From positions 3,393 to 67,392 of the forward strand of contig PBET01000024.1 of the NCBI GenBank assembly GCA_002719815.1: a stretch of 64,000 nucleotides of DNA, in the 5' to 3' direction. Numbering within the stretch: position 1 is the stretch's first letter; each line of letters starts with the position of its first letter. Origin of the DNA: Methanobacteriota archaeon (lineage in GTDB: Archaea; Thermoplasmatota; Poseidoniia; Poseidoniales; Poseidoniaceae). This document shows positions 29,273 to 39,086 of this stretch, one piece after another. A program made the position numbers and the translations under genes. The notes below the pieces were generated by a model. That model was not told the origin of the DNA. It was given only the letters and a program-made list of their open reading frames with translations, and made no database searches.

Positions 29273-30898
29273 TCAAACAGGTCGCCATTCGACGATTGAG
29301 GTTTCACCAAGTTGTGCTTCAGCCATACCGACAGGGCTTCGTTTTCCATCGATTGTGAATTCCCACCCATCCCCAGCTGACTCGTTGAATGCAACCATGT
29401 ATGCGCCCAGATATTGTTGCTCGACTTGCGTTTGAATGCCCAACTCTTGACAGGCAAGCATGGTCAATTCATACACGGTATCTTGTGGCTCTAAACCTCC
29501 TATGGCTCGCTCTTCACCATCGATTTCAAACACAATAACTTGGGTCTGTTTCCATTCATTCGGCCAGGAAGCGTCCCATTCTATTTCATTCGCAGGCGTG
29601 GTCTTTTCTGCCAATTTAACCGATAATTCTGGTACAACAGCAATAGCCAACACAAGGAAAAATGCGGACCCGATTTTCATCATTTGAGCCCAGTCAAGCA
29701 TAGAAAAAGAACGGCACAGAAGAAGAAACAAGCCGAGGATTGCAAAATAATGGATGGTTTGAATGAGACTGCTATTCTCTGAACGTACTTCTTCAGACGG
29801 TGATTCTTGATGCGTAACTTGGAGAATGCCGGCATCATTTCCAAGTGCAAGGATCCCTTCAGAAAAGCCCGGAGCTGCTGTTCCATAGGTATCAAAAGAC
29901 GTATGTTCCATGCGAATCAATGACGTTTGATTGAAGACGCCCCATCCTCCATCGGGTGTATTTGACGGAGCCCATATCTCCACGGATGAATTGGAGATCC
30001 TCAGACCCAATTCGCCATATGAGCGAAAGGGCACCGTTGATTCAATGGAACATGTTTGCGTGTCGCAAAGTATTGAAATCCATTCATCGATTGTTGATGC
30101 ATAAATTCGGTCTCCATGCATCAAAGGCATTGCTGGTGAACCTCCAGCACTTCCGATAAGTGATCCATTGAGATACATGGATGAACCTGTATTGGTTTGC
30201 ATATGCACAAACAAACCGTGACGTGTTTCAATGGGCGCATGACGAATCTTTCCTTCTCCCAAATACGTTGTCGAAACGGTTCCATTCCGAGCAATGGTAT
30301 GGAGGTGTCCTGATTCGTCTCCAATCACATAGCCATCCTCGGTTATCGAAACACCATTTCGCCACCCTACATTGCCAGTATCGGCATCAAGCAGTTGATC
30401 CCCATTTGCAAGACAGAAACTTGCTATACCTGTACGCGTCGGAACGATGATGCGATCATCTTCCAGAGCCATTTGCCCAGTGATGCCAAAAAGTTCGACC
30501 TCTGTCTGATTTTCCCATAGGATTGAACCATCGTGTGGCGAATGTGCCGTCACTTTACCATCAACCCAACCAACGATGAGAAGATCTTGCCAATCGCCAC
30601 AGTCTCCAGTTCCTGACTCAACAAAGAATAGCGGCGCCATATCGTGTTGAAGCGATGTCTGTGAAACATAGGTCCAGCGTTCTTCTCCAGTATGAACATC
30701 AAAGGCTGCTACAACGGGCCGGTCATCACTACCTGTCCAGAATCCCGAAGTTCTCACATACACTGTATCATCGATTATGAGCGGTTTGGTTGTAATGTAA
30801 CCCGCATCAAACTCATGTGTCCAAGTGGTTTCTGTCGATGCTTGAGCAAGCGGCACACAGAGAATGAGAATGAGAAGAATCGATGGCACTCGCATCAT
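29273..30898 (-). CDS. Secreted PQQ-like beta-propeller repeat protein with C-terminal TM segment and ~110 aa C-terminal domain
   Basis: Signal peptide MMRVPSILLILILCVPLAQA; repeated W/G-rich propeller blades (ERWTY, ILWEN); hydrophobic stretch near residue 390. Confidence 0.7.
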   Translation of the reverse strand: MMRVPSILLILILCVPLAQASTETTWTHEFDAGYITTKPLIIDDTVYVRTSGFWTGSDDRPVVAAFDVHTGEERWTYVSQTSLQHDMAPLFFVESGTGDCGDWQDLLIVGWVDGKVTAHSPHDGSILWENQTEVELFGITGQMALEDDRIIVPTRTGIASFCLANGDQLLDADTGNVGWRNGVSITEDGYVIGDESGHLHTIARNGTVSTTYLGEGKIRHAPIETRHGLFVHMQTNTGSSMYLNGSLIGSAGGSPAMPLMHGDRIYASTIDEWISILCDTQTCSIESTVPFRSYGELGLRISNSSVEIWAPSNTPDGGWGVFNQTSLIRMEHTSFDTYGTAAPGFSEGILALGNDAGILQVTHQESPSEEVRSENSSLIQTIHYFAILGLFLLLCRSFSMLDWAQMMKIGSAFFLVLAIAVVPELSVKLAEKTTPANEIEWDASWPNEWKQTQVIVFEIDGEERAIGGLEPQDTVYELTMLACQELGIQTQVEQQYLGAYMVAFNESAGDGWEFTIDGKRSPVGMAEAQLGETSIVEWRPV

Positions 30899-32922
30899 GA
30901 ATGCCTCTGGATGATTGCCCGTAAGACTGCACTGACTTGCTTTCCATCAACACCCGGACATGCTCCCATCACCACGCCCATCAGAGGACCCATTGCACCC
31001 ATACCGCGTTCTTTCACGAAATCGATACGTTCGAGAACAATGCCCTCGACGATTGATTCAAGATCGCCAATCTCGGCTGGAACGAGATCATTCTCCTGAG
31101 CGAATGCCTCGACCTCCCCCCTCGTAATGTGCTTGCTTTGAGCAAAATGTTCCACAACTTGTTCAATACCTTCCCGGGTGAGACCATCGTTTTCTCGTAC
31201 GGAGAGAATACAAGATAGGACCGTAGGAACGACTGTTTCGTGTTCAAGAAGAAGTGTAGCCCATGCCTTACTTTTTGTTTGGTGATGATCAAAGAAATCA
31301 TCATCCAATTCTCTTGAAAGAAGTTGTTTGCATTGGTCTTCAGATAACTCAGTTTGCTTGAGTCGTTCCATTCTCTCATCTTGACGCATCGGAAGATTAT
31401 CGATGACGTGTTGCCAGTGGGATTTGGTGATTTGGATTGTCGGTATATCCGTTTCAGGGTACATTCGTGCGCCCCCTGGTAACGGTCGCATCGGTGTTGT
31501 GGTACCATCTTCAGGCGCTCCCTTCTTGACAACGACATTACGAACCTCTTGAGGAAGTCGGTGGTAGGCCAATCTGGCACGTAATCCGACCGATTCAAGC
31601 GCCAATTGTGCTTGCCATTCTGGAGCGAGACAGAGAACAAATGCATCACTGGATGATAAGTTCAATTCATCCCGTACGGATTGAACATGCTCATCTTCGA
31701 TACCATAAGCAGGAAGTTCGTCAGAATGGAAAACACCGCGTACACCTGCAAGTTTTGCAGCGCCTGCCAATTCTCTCCCCAATCGAGGTAGTTGTGAACC
31801 TTCTGAATCCAATACCTTTGAACCAATCTTTCCTGCAAATCCAGGAAGTGGTAAGGCGAGCATGATGTATCCTGATTCGAGACCTTGCTTCACCATACGG
31901 CTGTCGCAAGATGAAAACGAGGTTGTAACATCACTGCATTCCAATGGAATGTGTGATTCGACCACTTCCATAACATTCGATTCAACGTCCGCATCATCAA
32001 GACGTCTGTCCTGTGGAAGTGGTGGCAGGGATTGTTCGGAACGCAATTCATTCGCCAGTCGATACATGTGCACTTGACGAACCATCTCCAAGCGAACGAT
32101 GCGTGGTATCCAAGCAAGATCTTGACATCCCTTGATCTCGACTCGATCGCCACATGCGACACTCACGTTCAGATCCTGACGAATCGAGCCTAGACCTCGA
32201 CGAACACGCCGTGTATCTCTCAATGTTCGACCCAAGGCTTGAGCCGTTTCTTTTGCATGTTCTGGAGACTGGATGTCCGGAGATGTTGCAATTTCAATGA
32301 GTGGAACGCCGAGACGGTCAAGATTGTAGATGACTTGTTCTCCATGATCTGTGGAAAGACTGTCCAATTTGCGAGCACTGTCTTCTTCCAAACAAAGTAC
32401 ATCGATACCAACATCTCCCGTTTGGGTTTTGAGAACACCATCCGAAGAAATGAGTGTTGTTCGCTGAAATCCGCTTGTATTTGATCCATCAACGACCGTT
32501 TTACGCATCGTTTGTAAAGCGCCGAGAGGTTTTGCTTGAAGCATAGCAGAAACCGTCAATGCAACATCAAGAGCATCTTCATCATGGGATAATGGTGGGC
32601 TTTCATCCAATTCAATCAAGCCAGAATTTGGTGATTGGATATAGACGAATGAACGGTTACGTCGCTTCTCAAATCGTGCAGCAACGTCGACTTTTCCACC
32701 TTCTCCGCTCGCAAGACGGAGTTTGCGTGCGTATCGAGGCCAATCGTTTGGCACGGTATCGATGGTCACATCGTAAAGCATGGATGGTTGACGCGAATGG
32801 AGTTTACCTGTTGCAAGTTGCTGGTGGACTTCGATACCACACATGAATCCCAATTGTGCTGTATCAAAGGTCGATGCATCCGTCACATCACCTACCGGTT
32901 CTCCTTGGACGACATCTGCCAT
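30895..32922 (-). CDS. gatE: Glutamyl-tRNA(Gln) amidotransferase subunit E
   Basis: N-terminal LGFMCGIEVHQQL, GatB/E core and C-terminal YqeY-like domain; start uncertain (32922 vs 32964); 4-nt overlap with downstream gene. Confidence 0.9.
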   Translation of the reverse strand: MADVVQGEPVGDVTDASTFDTAQLGFMCGIEVHQQLATGKLHSRQPSMLYDVTIDTVPNDWPRYARKLRLASGEGGKVDVAARFEKRRNRSFVYIQSPNSGLIELDESPPLSHDEDALDVALTVSAMLQAKPLGALQTMRKTVVDGSNTSGFQRTTLISSDGVLKTQTGDVGIDVLCLEEDSARKLDSLSTDHGEQVIYNLDRLGVPLIEIATSPDIQSPEHAKETAQALGRTLRDTRRVRRGLGSIRQDLNVSVACGDRVEIKGCQDLAWIPRIVRLEMVRQVHMYRLANELRSEQSLPPLPQDRRLDDADVESNVMEVVESHIPLECSDVTTSFSSCDSRMVKQGLESGYIMLALPLPGFAGKIGSKVLDSEGSQLPRLGRELAGAAKLAGVRGVFHSDELPAYGIEDEHVQSVRDELNLSSSDAFVLCLAPEWQAQLALESVGLRARLAYHRLPQEVRNVVVKKGAPEDGTTTPMRPLPGGARMYPETDIPTIQITKSHWQHVIDNLPMRQDERMERLKQTELSEDQCKQLLSRELDDDFFDHHQTKSKAWATLLLEHETVVPTVLSCILSVRENDGLTREGIEQVVEHFAQSKHITRGEVEAFAQENDLVPAEIGDLESIVEGIVLERIDFVKERGMGAMGPLMGVVMGACPGVDGKQVSAVLRAIIQRHS

Positions 32923-32966
32923 GAACATTCCAAGCATCTCCACTTCATGAGATGATTGCTTCACAT

Positions 32967-35081
32967 CTAGACAATTTGCAAGGTATCGTAACCCGTTGGG
33001 CGCATAAGACGACCGTTTTGGTTGAGTTTATCGATGACTTCCTCGGCTTTTTCTCTTGGAATATCGAGGCGTTCTGCTTCATTGAGGACGTCAATCAGTT
33101 GGGCGTAGCCATCACCATTGGCGGACAGACGTTCAACAATGTCGAGAATGGTTCGTTCAGCATGGCGAGCCTTTCCTTTTTGATTGGAAGCGATCGCTGT
33201 TTCATCGAAATTCTCACCCATCAGATCGTATCTCCATGTCTTTGTCAGACGTACAGCTCGCTCAGCATCTTCGATGGTTGCCGTTTCCGACAGTCGAATG
33301 CGGGCACTCGCTTCGGCCAATCGTGCGAGAGCTTCCAATGCACGCGCAGTGATGGCGACTGAGTCCTGATATTCACCGGACTGTTTACGTGTTGAAACAT
33401 AGTAATCGATGATGTGCTTTTTGGCTTCCTCATCCAAATTTGGATGGACTGTTCGCTTCGCGTATGCAACGTACTTGCGGATAAATTCTCGATGAAGGTG
33501 CCCATCCGTATGACTTGGTTTGGTCATGACTGAGCTCAGTTTACGTGGGTCGGGTCTTGATCCCTCATTAACCAATAATTCACTTGTACCGGAGAGTCTG
33601 TTGTCAACAATGTGCCCTGCAATCTTCGCGTCCTTGTCTTCTGAAGGCTCATCTGTCAGCAACCAAATGACATCAAAACGAGAGATAAGTGGTGGAGCGA
33701 GGTTGATTTGCCCGGTAAAGGGAACTTCTGAAACAGGTTGGAAACGGCCTGCCTTTGGGTTCGCAGCGGCCAATACGGCGCAACGTGTGCGAAGGCTTGC
33801 ATTGATTCCAGCTTTTGAAATTGAAATTGTTTGTTGTTCCATCGCTTCGTGCATACTGGATCGATCGGCTTGATTCATTTTGTCGAATTCGTCGATTGCA
33901 GCCAATCCCTGATCGGCGAGAACGAGGGCGCCCGCTTCCAATGTCCAGCGTCCGTCAGCGCTCGCATCTTGAACTGCAGCTGCAGTCAAACCAGCGGCTG
34001 ATGCGGACATACCGGAGGTAAATCGACCGCGAGGAGAAATGTTGCCCATGTAGGCAAGAAGTTGCGACTTTGCAACACCAGGATCACCCATCAAAAGGAT
34101 GTGAATATCTCCACGGTTTCGTGTTCCATCTGGATTGAGTCGCGCAACACCCCCAAACAATTGCAACATGAGCGTTTCTTTGATCTTGTCCATTCCAAAA
34201 ATGGAAGGAGCAATCGACTCAGCGATTCGCTTGTAAACATCTTGATCGGCTGCAAATGTTTTGATTTCTGCTTCTTCCTCATCGGAGACAACTATTTCCT
34301 CCAATGCAAGGTTTTGACGTTCAAGCGATTGAACGCGCATGAAGATATCAAACACAGGGGTGTCCTTTCCAAACTTGCGTTGCGAACGAATGAACAAAAC
34401 GCCGTTGGCTTTGACTCGATCGCCTGGATTGACCTTTCCAGTGAGGTCATGTTCTGCTACACATGAAATGCGTTCAGGCTGGACGCCTCCGCGAACCTGT
34501 TCAGGTAGTTCCTGCAGTTCAATAAACTGTGAATTCGTTAGTGTTGAACGTTCTTGCAATAATTGGAAGCGTGTTTGGCGATTGGTCAAGCCACATCCAC
34601 CATCGATTTGTGAACACTCCATTGGCGTGATGAGTTCCTGTTCGTTGGGTTGCTGAATGATGGTCAAATGTTCGCACGCGACACATTTGAACGTTGCAGA
34701 ATACATTCGAGGACGAACACCAGAGATTTTTGTTACCACGGCATCAATGGAAATCATCAAACCGATATCATCCGAGCGAAGTTGGGAAACGGTGCGAACC
34801 TGGTCGCTTGGAAGGTGAACAATACGCACCCATGGATTGATTGTACCATGGCCCACATCAGCGAGTAACTCTCGAAGGGCTCTGTTTGATGCATCATCAT
34901 GCAAATCTGGTTGTTCAAGAATACTTTGAGCAAAAGTTGGATCAAATCCTTCGATGGTCCGATATGAAACCTCAAGACTCTGGACATCCGGCCAAAGTTG
35001 AGCGATGTTGTGGACATCCTCGGTAAAATGTGCATGCAGAAGTGTCGACCATCGCGCTGTCAAATCAAAGTCTTGAATCAT
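32967..35081 (-). CDS. mcm: MCM replicative helicase
   Basis: Walker A IHILLMGDPGVAKSQ, Walker B AIDEFDKM, arginine finger SRFD, Zn-finger CxxC pairs in N-terminal domain; start set at ATG 35081 (705 aa), no intein. Confidence 0.9.
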   Translation of the reverse strand: MIQDFDLTARWSTLLHAHFTEDVHNIAQLWPDVQSLEVSYRTIEGFDPTFAQSILEQPDLHDDASNRALRELLADVGHGTINPWVRIVHLPSDQVRTVSQLRSDDIGLMISIDAVVTKISGVRPRMYSATFKCVACEHLTIIQQPNEQELITPMECSQIDGGCGLTNRQTRFQLLQERSTLTNSQFIELQELPEQVRGGVQPERISCVAEHDLTGKVNPGDRVKANGVLFIRSQRKFGKDTPVFDIFMRVQSLERQNLALEEIVVSDEEEAEIKTFAADQDVYKRIAESIAPSIFGMDKIKETLMLQLFGGVARLNPDGTRNRGDIHILLMGDPGVAKSQLLAYMGNISPRGRFTSGMSASAAGLTAAAVQDASADGRWTLEAGALVLADQGLAAIDEFDKMNQADRSSMHEAMEQQTISISKAGINASLRTRCAVLAAANPKAGRFQPVSEVPFTGQINLAPPLISRFDVIWLLTDEPSEDKDAKIAGHIVDNRLSGTSELLVNEGSRPDPRKLSSVMTKPSHTDGHLHREFIRKYVAYAKRTVHPNLDEEAKKHIIDYYVSTRKQSGEYQDSVAITARALEALARLAEASARIRLSETATIEDAERAVRLTKTWRYDLMGENFDETAIASNQKGKARHAERTILDIVERLSANGDGYAQLIDVLNEAERLDIPREKAEEVIDKLNQNGRLMRPTGYDTLQIV

Positions 35082-35148
35082 GTTCGCACCACACTGAGGA
35101 ATTAGATATGGACGGCTACCGTTCTTAATGGTTCCATTGCAATTTATG

Positions 35149-35177
35149 CGCCCCTTCATTTCCACTGGAAAACGCCA
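35149..35177 (-). promoter_or_regulatory. Origin-recognition-box (ORB)-like element: TTCCAGTGGAAATGAAGGGGCG (mini-ORB core + G-string) upstream of mcm
   Basis: Read directly on minus strand; single copy found in window; ~70-95 bp upstream of mcm ATG. Confidence 0.4.
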
Positions 35178-35270
35178 TACATTCATACATGCTTTCTCAT
35201 CGAAAACATACAGAAAGTGGAACGGCGCCAAACTCAATAGATTCATATCAAATCAACACGACGGTTTGCC

Positions 35271-35783
35271 ATGATTATCTTCGCGCATGGACTGGAAGGG
35301 TCTCCGAACGGAAGTAAGATTCGTGCCTTACGCAATGCAGGTTTTGATGTTGTAGCGCCTGATTTTCAAGGGATGAATCTCGCTGAACGTGTGGACTTGC
35401 TGGAAGAAATTTGTTTGAAATATGCTTCGAAACGGCCTGTACTTGCTGGATCAAGCTATGGAGGATTGACTGCTGCAATCATCGCAATGAAGATGCCAGG
35501 TGCATTTCGCGGACTTCTCTTGTGCGCTCCTGCACTTCATTTGATTGAGCCTCCTGTGGATGAGAACACTGTTCTTGTTGCTCCAAATGGATTGAAGACG
35601 GTCATCATTCATGGCCTTGAAGACGATATTGTCCCCATTTCGTGCAGTATTGACTACGCAGCTCGCTCGGGGAATGATGTCGTTGCATTTCATCAGGTCA
35701 ATGATGGCCATCGCCTTGCTGAATCGCATCAAGAGATTATCGACGCTGCCCAGTTGTTGAGTGGCGAGACGATTGATTCATGA
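35271..35783 (+). CDS. Small alpha/beta-fold serine hydrolase/esterase
   Basis: IIFAHGLEGSP, nucleophile elbow GSSYGG, IIHGLEDDIVP, catalytic His near C-terminus. Confidence 0.7.
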   Translation: MIIFAHGLEGSPNGSKIRALRNAGFDVVAPDFQGMNLAERVDLLEEICLKYASKRPVLAGSSYGGLTAAIIAMKMPGAFRGLLLCAPALHLIEPPVDENTVLVAPNGLKTVIIHGLEDDIVPISCSIDYAARSGNDVVAFHQVNDGHRLAESHQEIIDAAQLLSGETIDS

Positions 35784-35805
35784 ATTGGCTCGTTTTGGAA
35801 AACGT

Positions 35806-36903
35806 ATGAGCGACCCTATGGACTACGCTTCAAGCGGTGTCGACATCGATCTTGAAGGAGCGGCTGTCGCTTCGCTCATCGGTTCGTTGCAACGTTCGAC
35901 ACGAAAGCCGGGAACGCCTGGTGCACCTGTTGATTTGCCTGGTGGATTTGGAGGCCTCATCGAATTCGGTAATCATCTCTTGGCCTTAGCAACAGATGGC
36001 GTAGGAAGTAAGTTGCAAATCGCTACTGAAGTCAAAGACTGGAGCAGTGTAGGGATTGACTGCATGGCCATGAATGTGAACGATTTACTGTGTGTCGGTG
36101 CTGAACCCATCGCTTTTGTCGATTATATTGCAGTTCCAAAGCCCGACCCTGAGGTGCATGCTGCGGTCGGCGCATCGCTCGCAAAAGCATGCGAATTAGC
36201 AAATGTTACACTCGCTGGCGGAGAGACTGCATCGCTTCCTGGAATCGTTACAGAACTCGACCTTTCTGGAACTGCTCTCGGCTTCCTTGACAAGGATTCT
36301 GCGATCACAGGCGAGCGTCTGCAGGCTGGCGATGTTCTCATCGGCTTACCATCATCAGGCATCCATTCAAACGGATTCTCGCTCGTTCGAAGCATCATCG
36401 GACGGGTAGGTCTTGGCTATACAGATCAATGCCCCTTCGATGCACATTTTGATGGACGATCGCTTCCAGAACAACCTGTTCTTTCCGATATTTTGTTGAT
36501 TCCGACCAAAATCTACTGCGAACCCATCGTCAAGTTGCTTCAACACCTCAAATCAACGCAAGGCTCAGTTCATGCCCTCCATGGTATTGCCCATATCACC
36601 GGAGGAGGTCTCTCAAACCTCTTGCGATTGCACGGCCACCTCGGATGGCACATCGATACGCCAATGCCGATTCCTCCTGAATTTACATGGCTTCAGCAAG
36701 CAGGAAACGTGACAGATTTGGAAATGCATCGTACCTTCAATATGGGGCTTGGGATGGTCCTTGCTGTTGAAAGAGAACAGGCAGATGCAATCCTTGAATT
36801 CATCAAAACATATGAGTCGAATGCAGCCATCATTGGCGCAGTTCATGACAATGGACACAAGGTAACACATCAGAATCCTGATGTTTTCTTCGAGCATTAT
36901 TGA
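35806..36903 (+). CDS. purM: Phosphoribosylformylglycinamidine cyclo-ligase (AIR synthetase)
   Basis: DYASSGVDID, GGFGGL, ATDGVGSKL, PurM N and C domains; start at ATG 35806 (ORF-track GTG 35761 would overlap upstream gene). Confidence 0.9.
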   Translation: MSDPMDYASSGVDIDLEGAAVASLIGSLQRSTRKPGTPGAPVDLPGGFGGLIEFGNHLLALATDGVGSKLQIATEVKDWSSVGIDCMAMNVNDLLCVGAEPIAFVDYIAVPKPDPEVHAAVGASLAKACELANVTLAGGETASLPGIVTELDLSGTALGFLDKDSAITGERLQAGDVLIGLPSSGIHSNGFSLVRSIIGRVGLGYTDQCPFDAHFDGRSLPEQPVLSDILLIPTKIYCEPIVKLLQHLKSTQGSVHALHGIAHITGGGLSNLLRLHGHLGWHIDTPMPIPPEFTWLQQAGNVTDLEMHRTFNMGLGMVLAVEREQADAILEFIKTYESNAAIIGAVHDNGHKVTHQNPDVFFEHY

Positions 36904-36941
36904 AGCGGTGCGGTCAAGAAGAGGAGCCATCTCGTCCAAGC

Positions 36942-38291
36942 ATGGGCGAGTCATTTTCAGGACAGGATGTTCCTGATGATTGGCCTGGCCATGTATGGTG
37001 TGAAGGACGTACATTTGTTCACTTGAAAACAAGTCAAGAGCGTCCAACCCATATGCCTCGAGGGCCTGCTGCAAAATCCGGAACGGGTTTCATGAATCCT
37101 GCAATGGCACCAGCGCGTACACGTTCGGTTCTCTTGTTGCAAGATGCGCTCGAACATGGTTGGATCAATGGAGATCGCCCAGTTCGGGCTTTGGATGCAC
37201 TCTGTGCTACAGGAATTCGCGTTCGACGATGGAGAAACGAAATCAAATCGGATTTGCAAGACTACTTGCACATAACTGCCAATGATCTTGACCGCAAAGC
37301 ACTCGATTGGGCTTTGAATTCAACCAATTCTGATCATGAAATACCAATTCCTCAATCGATTGATGATGAACAAGTTCAACCACACTTCATCGAAAAGAAT
37401 GGAATCAAGTTTCAAAATCAAGATGCGCGTTTAGCGATGATTCAAGGGTCGTTTCAATGGATTGACATCGATCCTTTCGGTTCACCAGTGACGTTCATCG
37501 ATGCTGCATTGCAGGCGCTCGGGCGAGTAGGTGTTCTCGAAGTGACGGCAACCGATACTGCTGCATTAACTGGTTCTTCTGCGACTTCAGGTATGCGTCG
37601 GTACGGTCACAAAGGCATCGTTGATTTGTATGCTCATGATGATGCTATTCGGGTTCTTCTTGGAACCATAGCAACACGTGCTGCACAACTTGACCGCGCT
37701 ATCGAGCCTATCCTTGCATTGTTCGATGGCCATCATGTTCGAGTTTCCGTACTCGTTCGGAAGAGCAAGCAGGGAGCAGATAAGACTCGAGAACAAATGG
37801 GCTGGAGAGTTCGTTGTGAAGACATTCCATACAAATTCACGAAACAACCGACAATCGAAGAAATGCCTCAATCGAGTGGCCCAATGTGGATTGGACCGTT
37901 ATGGAATGGTGATATCTGTTCTCGACTTACCGAAGAAAACGCGGTCAAGACATGTCTTGCTCAACCTTCTGATTTAGAACGAGGAATCCCAATCGGACTC
38001 GAATGGAGCGAGTCTGACCAACTGTATGCAGAACGTGAGATTCGACGTTCAGTGCGTCATATTGCGCAAGCAGCACCTTTGCTATCATCGGAACACCTGT
38101 TGCTCGCATTCGATCAACTACCTCGATTCGCTGGCGTGGGTTCATTACCATCGATGGAGCGACTTATCGATACTCTCAATGAAGCTGGTCATTTGTCAGC
38201 AAGAGTTCCCGATCTTCGGCCGTTTATCGCAACGCATGCACCATTCGAAACGGTTCTTGAGACCATACGAACTATTCTTTCAGCCGAATGA
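36942..38291 (+). CDS. trm1: tRNA (guanine26-N2)-dimethyltransferase
   Basis: FMNPAMAPARTRSVLLL...LDALCATGIRVRRW matches Trm1 FYNP...NRD...LDALSATGIRGIR block; start at ATG 36942 (alt TTG 36900 overlapping purM stop). Confidence 0.8.
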   Translation: MGESFSGQDVPDDWPGHVWCEGRTFVHLKTSQERPTHMPRGPAAKSGTGFMNPAMAPARTRSVLLLQDALEHGWINGDRPVRALDALCATGIRVRRWRNEIKSDLQDYLHITANDLDRKALDWALNSTNSDHEIPIPQSIDDEQVQPHFIEKNGIKFQNQDARLAMIQGSFQWIDIDPFGSPVTFIDAALQALGRVGVLEVTATDTAALTGSSATSGMRRYGHKGIVDLYAHDDAIRVLLGTIATRAAQLDRAIEPILALFDGHHVRVSVLVRKSKQGADKTREQMGWRVRCEDIPYKFTKQPTIEEMPQSSGPMWIGPLWNGDICSRLTEENAVKTCLAQPSDLERGIPIGLEWSESDQLYAEREIRRSVRHIAQAAPLLSSEHLLLAFDQLPRFAGVGSLPSMERLIDTLNEAGHLSARVPDLRPFIATHAPFETVLETIRTILSAE

Positions 38292-39035
38292 GGGATCATT
38301 GATTGCATCGTCATCATCGGGCGAAGGCAGCAACGGTGTAGCGCTCTCAATGATTTCTTGAACAGATTGCTCAATACTTCGAGCATTTTCAAGCATCGCC
38401 GATAATGGAATTTCTTTCCCGGTCATTTCTGTAATGGCTTCGATAGCAACAGCTGCAGCACGAACATCAGGATACATTGGACTCGCTTCAGAAAGCAAAG
38501 CAGTGATATCGAGATTGAGCCGATCACCTTCACTCAAGAGGAATCCAGTAATTCCAGATACAATACCACGTTGAATCGTCTGTAAATCAAGCGATTTCAA
38601 TCGATCTCTCGCTACAGCATTCGCCCCAACTGCGAACAAGCCCTCACCTTGAATTTGTTTTTCGGGCTTGAGAATTCCATCGATGATGATCAATTGATCA
38701 AAGCCTCCTACTCTGAACCACTCAAGAACCGTTGAACCAAAGGCAATATCTTGTTCCTTCTCAAATTGAATTTCAGCAGTAAAAACACCAATTCCATCGC
38801 CTTGGTAAACACGAACTGGGTGTCGAGGCACTTCATTTTGAATCAAAGCGACAGCTGGAAAGTTCTCATCCATAACCGTCCCTAGTTGTGTAAGATTGAG
38901 TGATTCAATGATGTGAGAAGCGGCAATAACGCCGACCATTCCTGCCGTAGTAAAGCCACAGATTGCGACGCCACCTGTGGTCGGGTCAACACCTGAACGA
39001 AGAACAAGGTCATACGTTCCGAACTGTTGTTTCAT
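38280..39035 (-). CDS. PAC2-family (proteasome assembly chaperone 2-like) protein
   Basis: ~250 aa, CGFTTAGMVGVIAASHII and PDVRAAAVAIE blocks; paralog of 53980..54777. Confidence 0.6.
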   Translation of the reverse strand: MKQQFGTYDLVLRSGVDPTTGGVAICGFTTAGMVGVIAASHIIESLNLTQLGTVMDENFPAVALIQNEVPRHPVRVYQGDGIGVFTAEIQFEKEQDIAFGSTVLEWFRVGGFDQLIIIDGILKPEKQIQGEGLFAVGANAVARDRLKSLDLQTIQRGIVSGITGFLLSEGDRLNLDITALLSEASPMYPDVRAAAVAIEAITEMTGKEIPLSAMLENARSIEQSVQEIIESATPLLPSPDDDDAINDPSFG

Positions 39036-39086
39036 ACTCAGGCCTCGTTTTGCCGGTCGCCTCGTGTTTGAAAAAATTCTCGGCGC

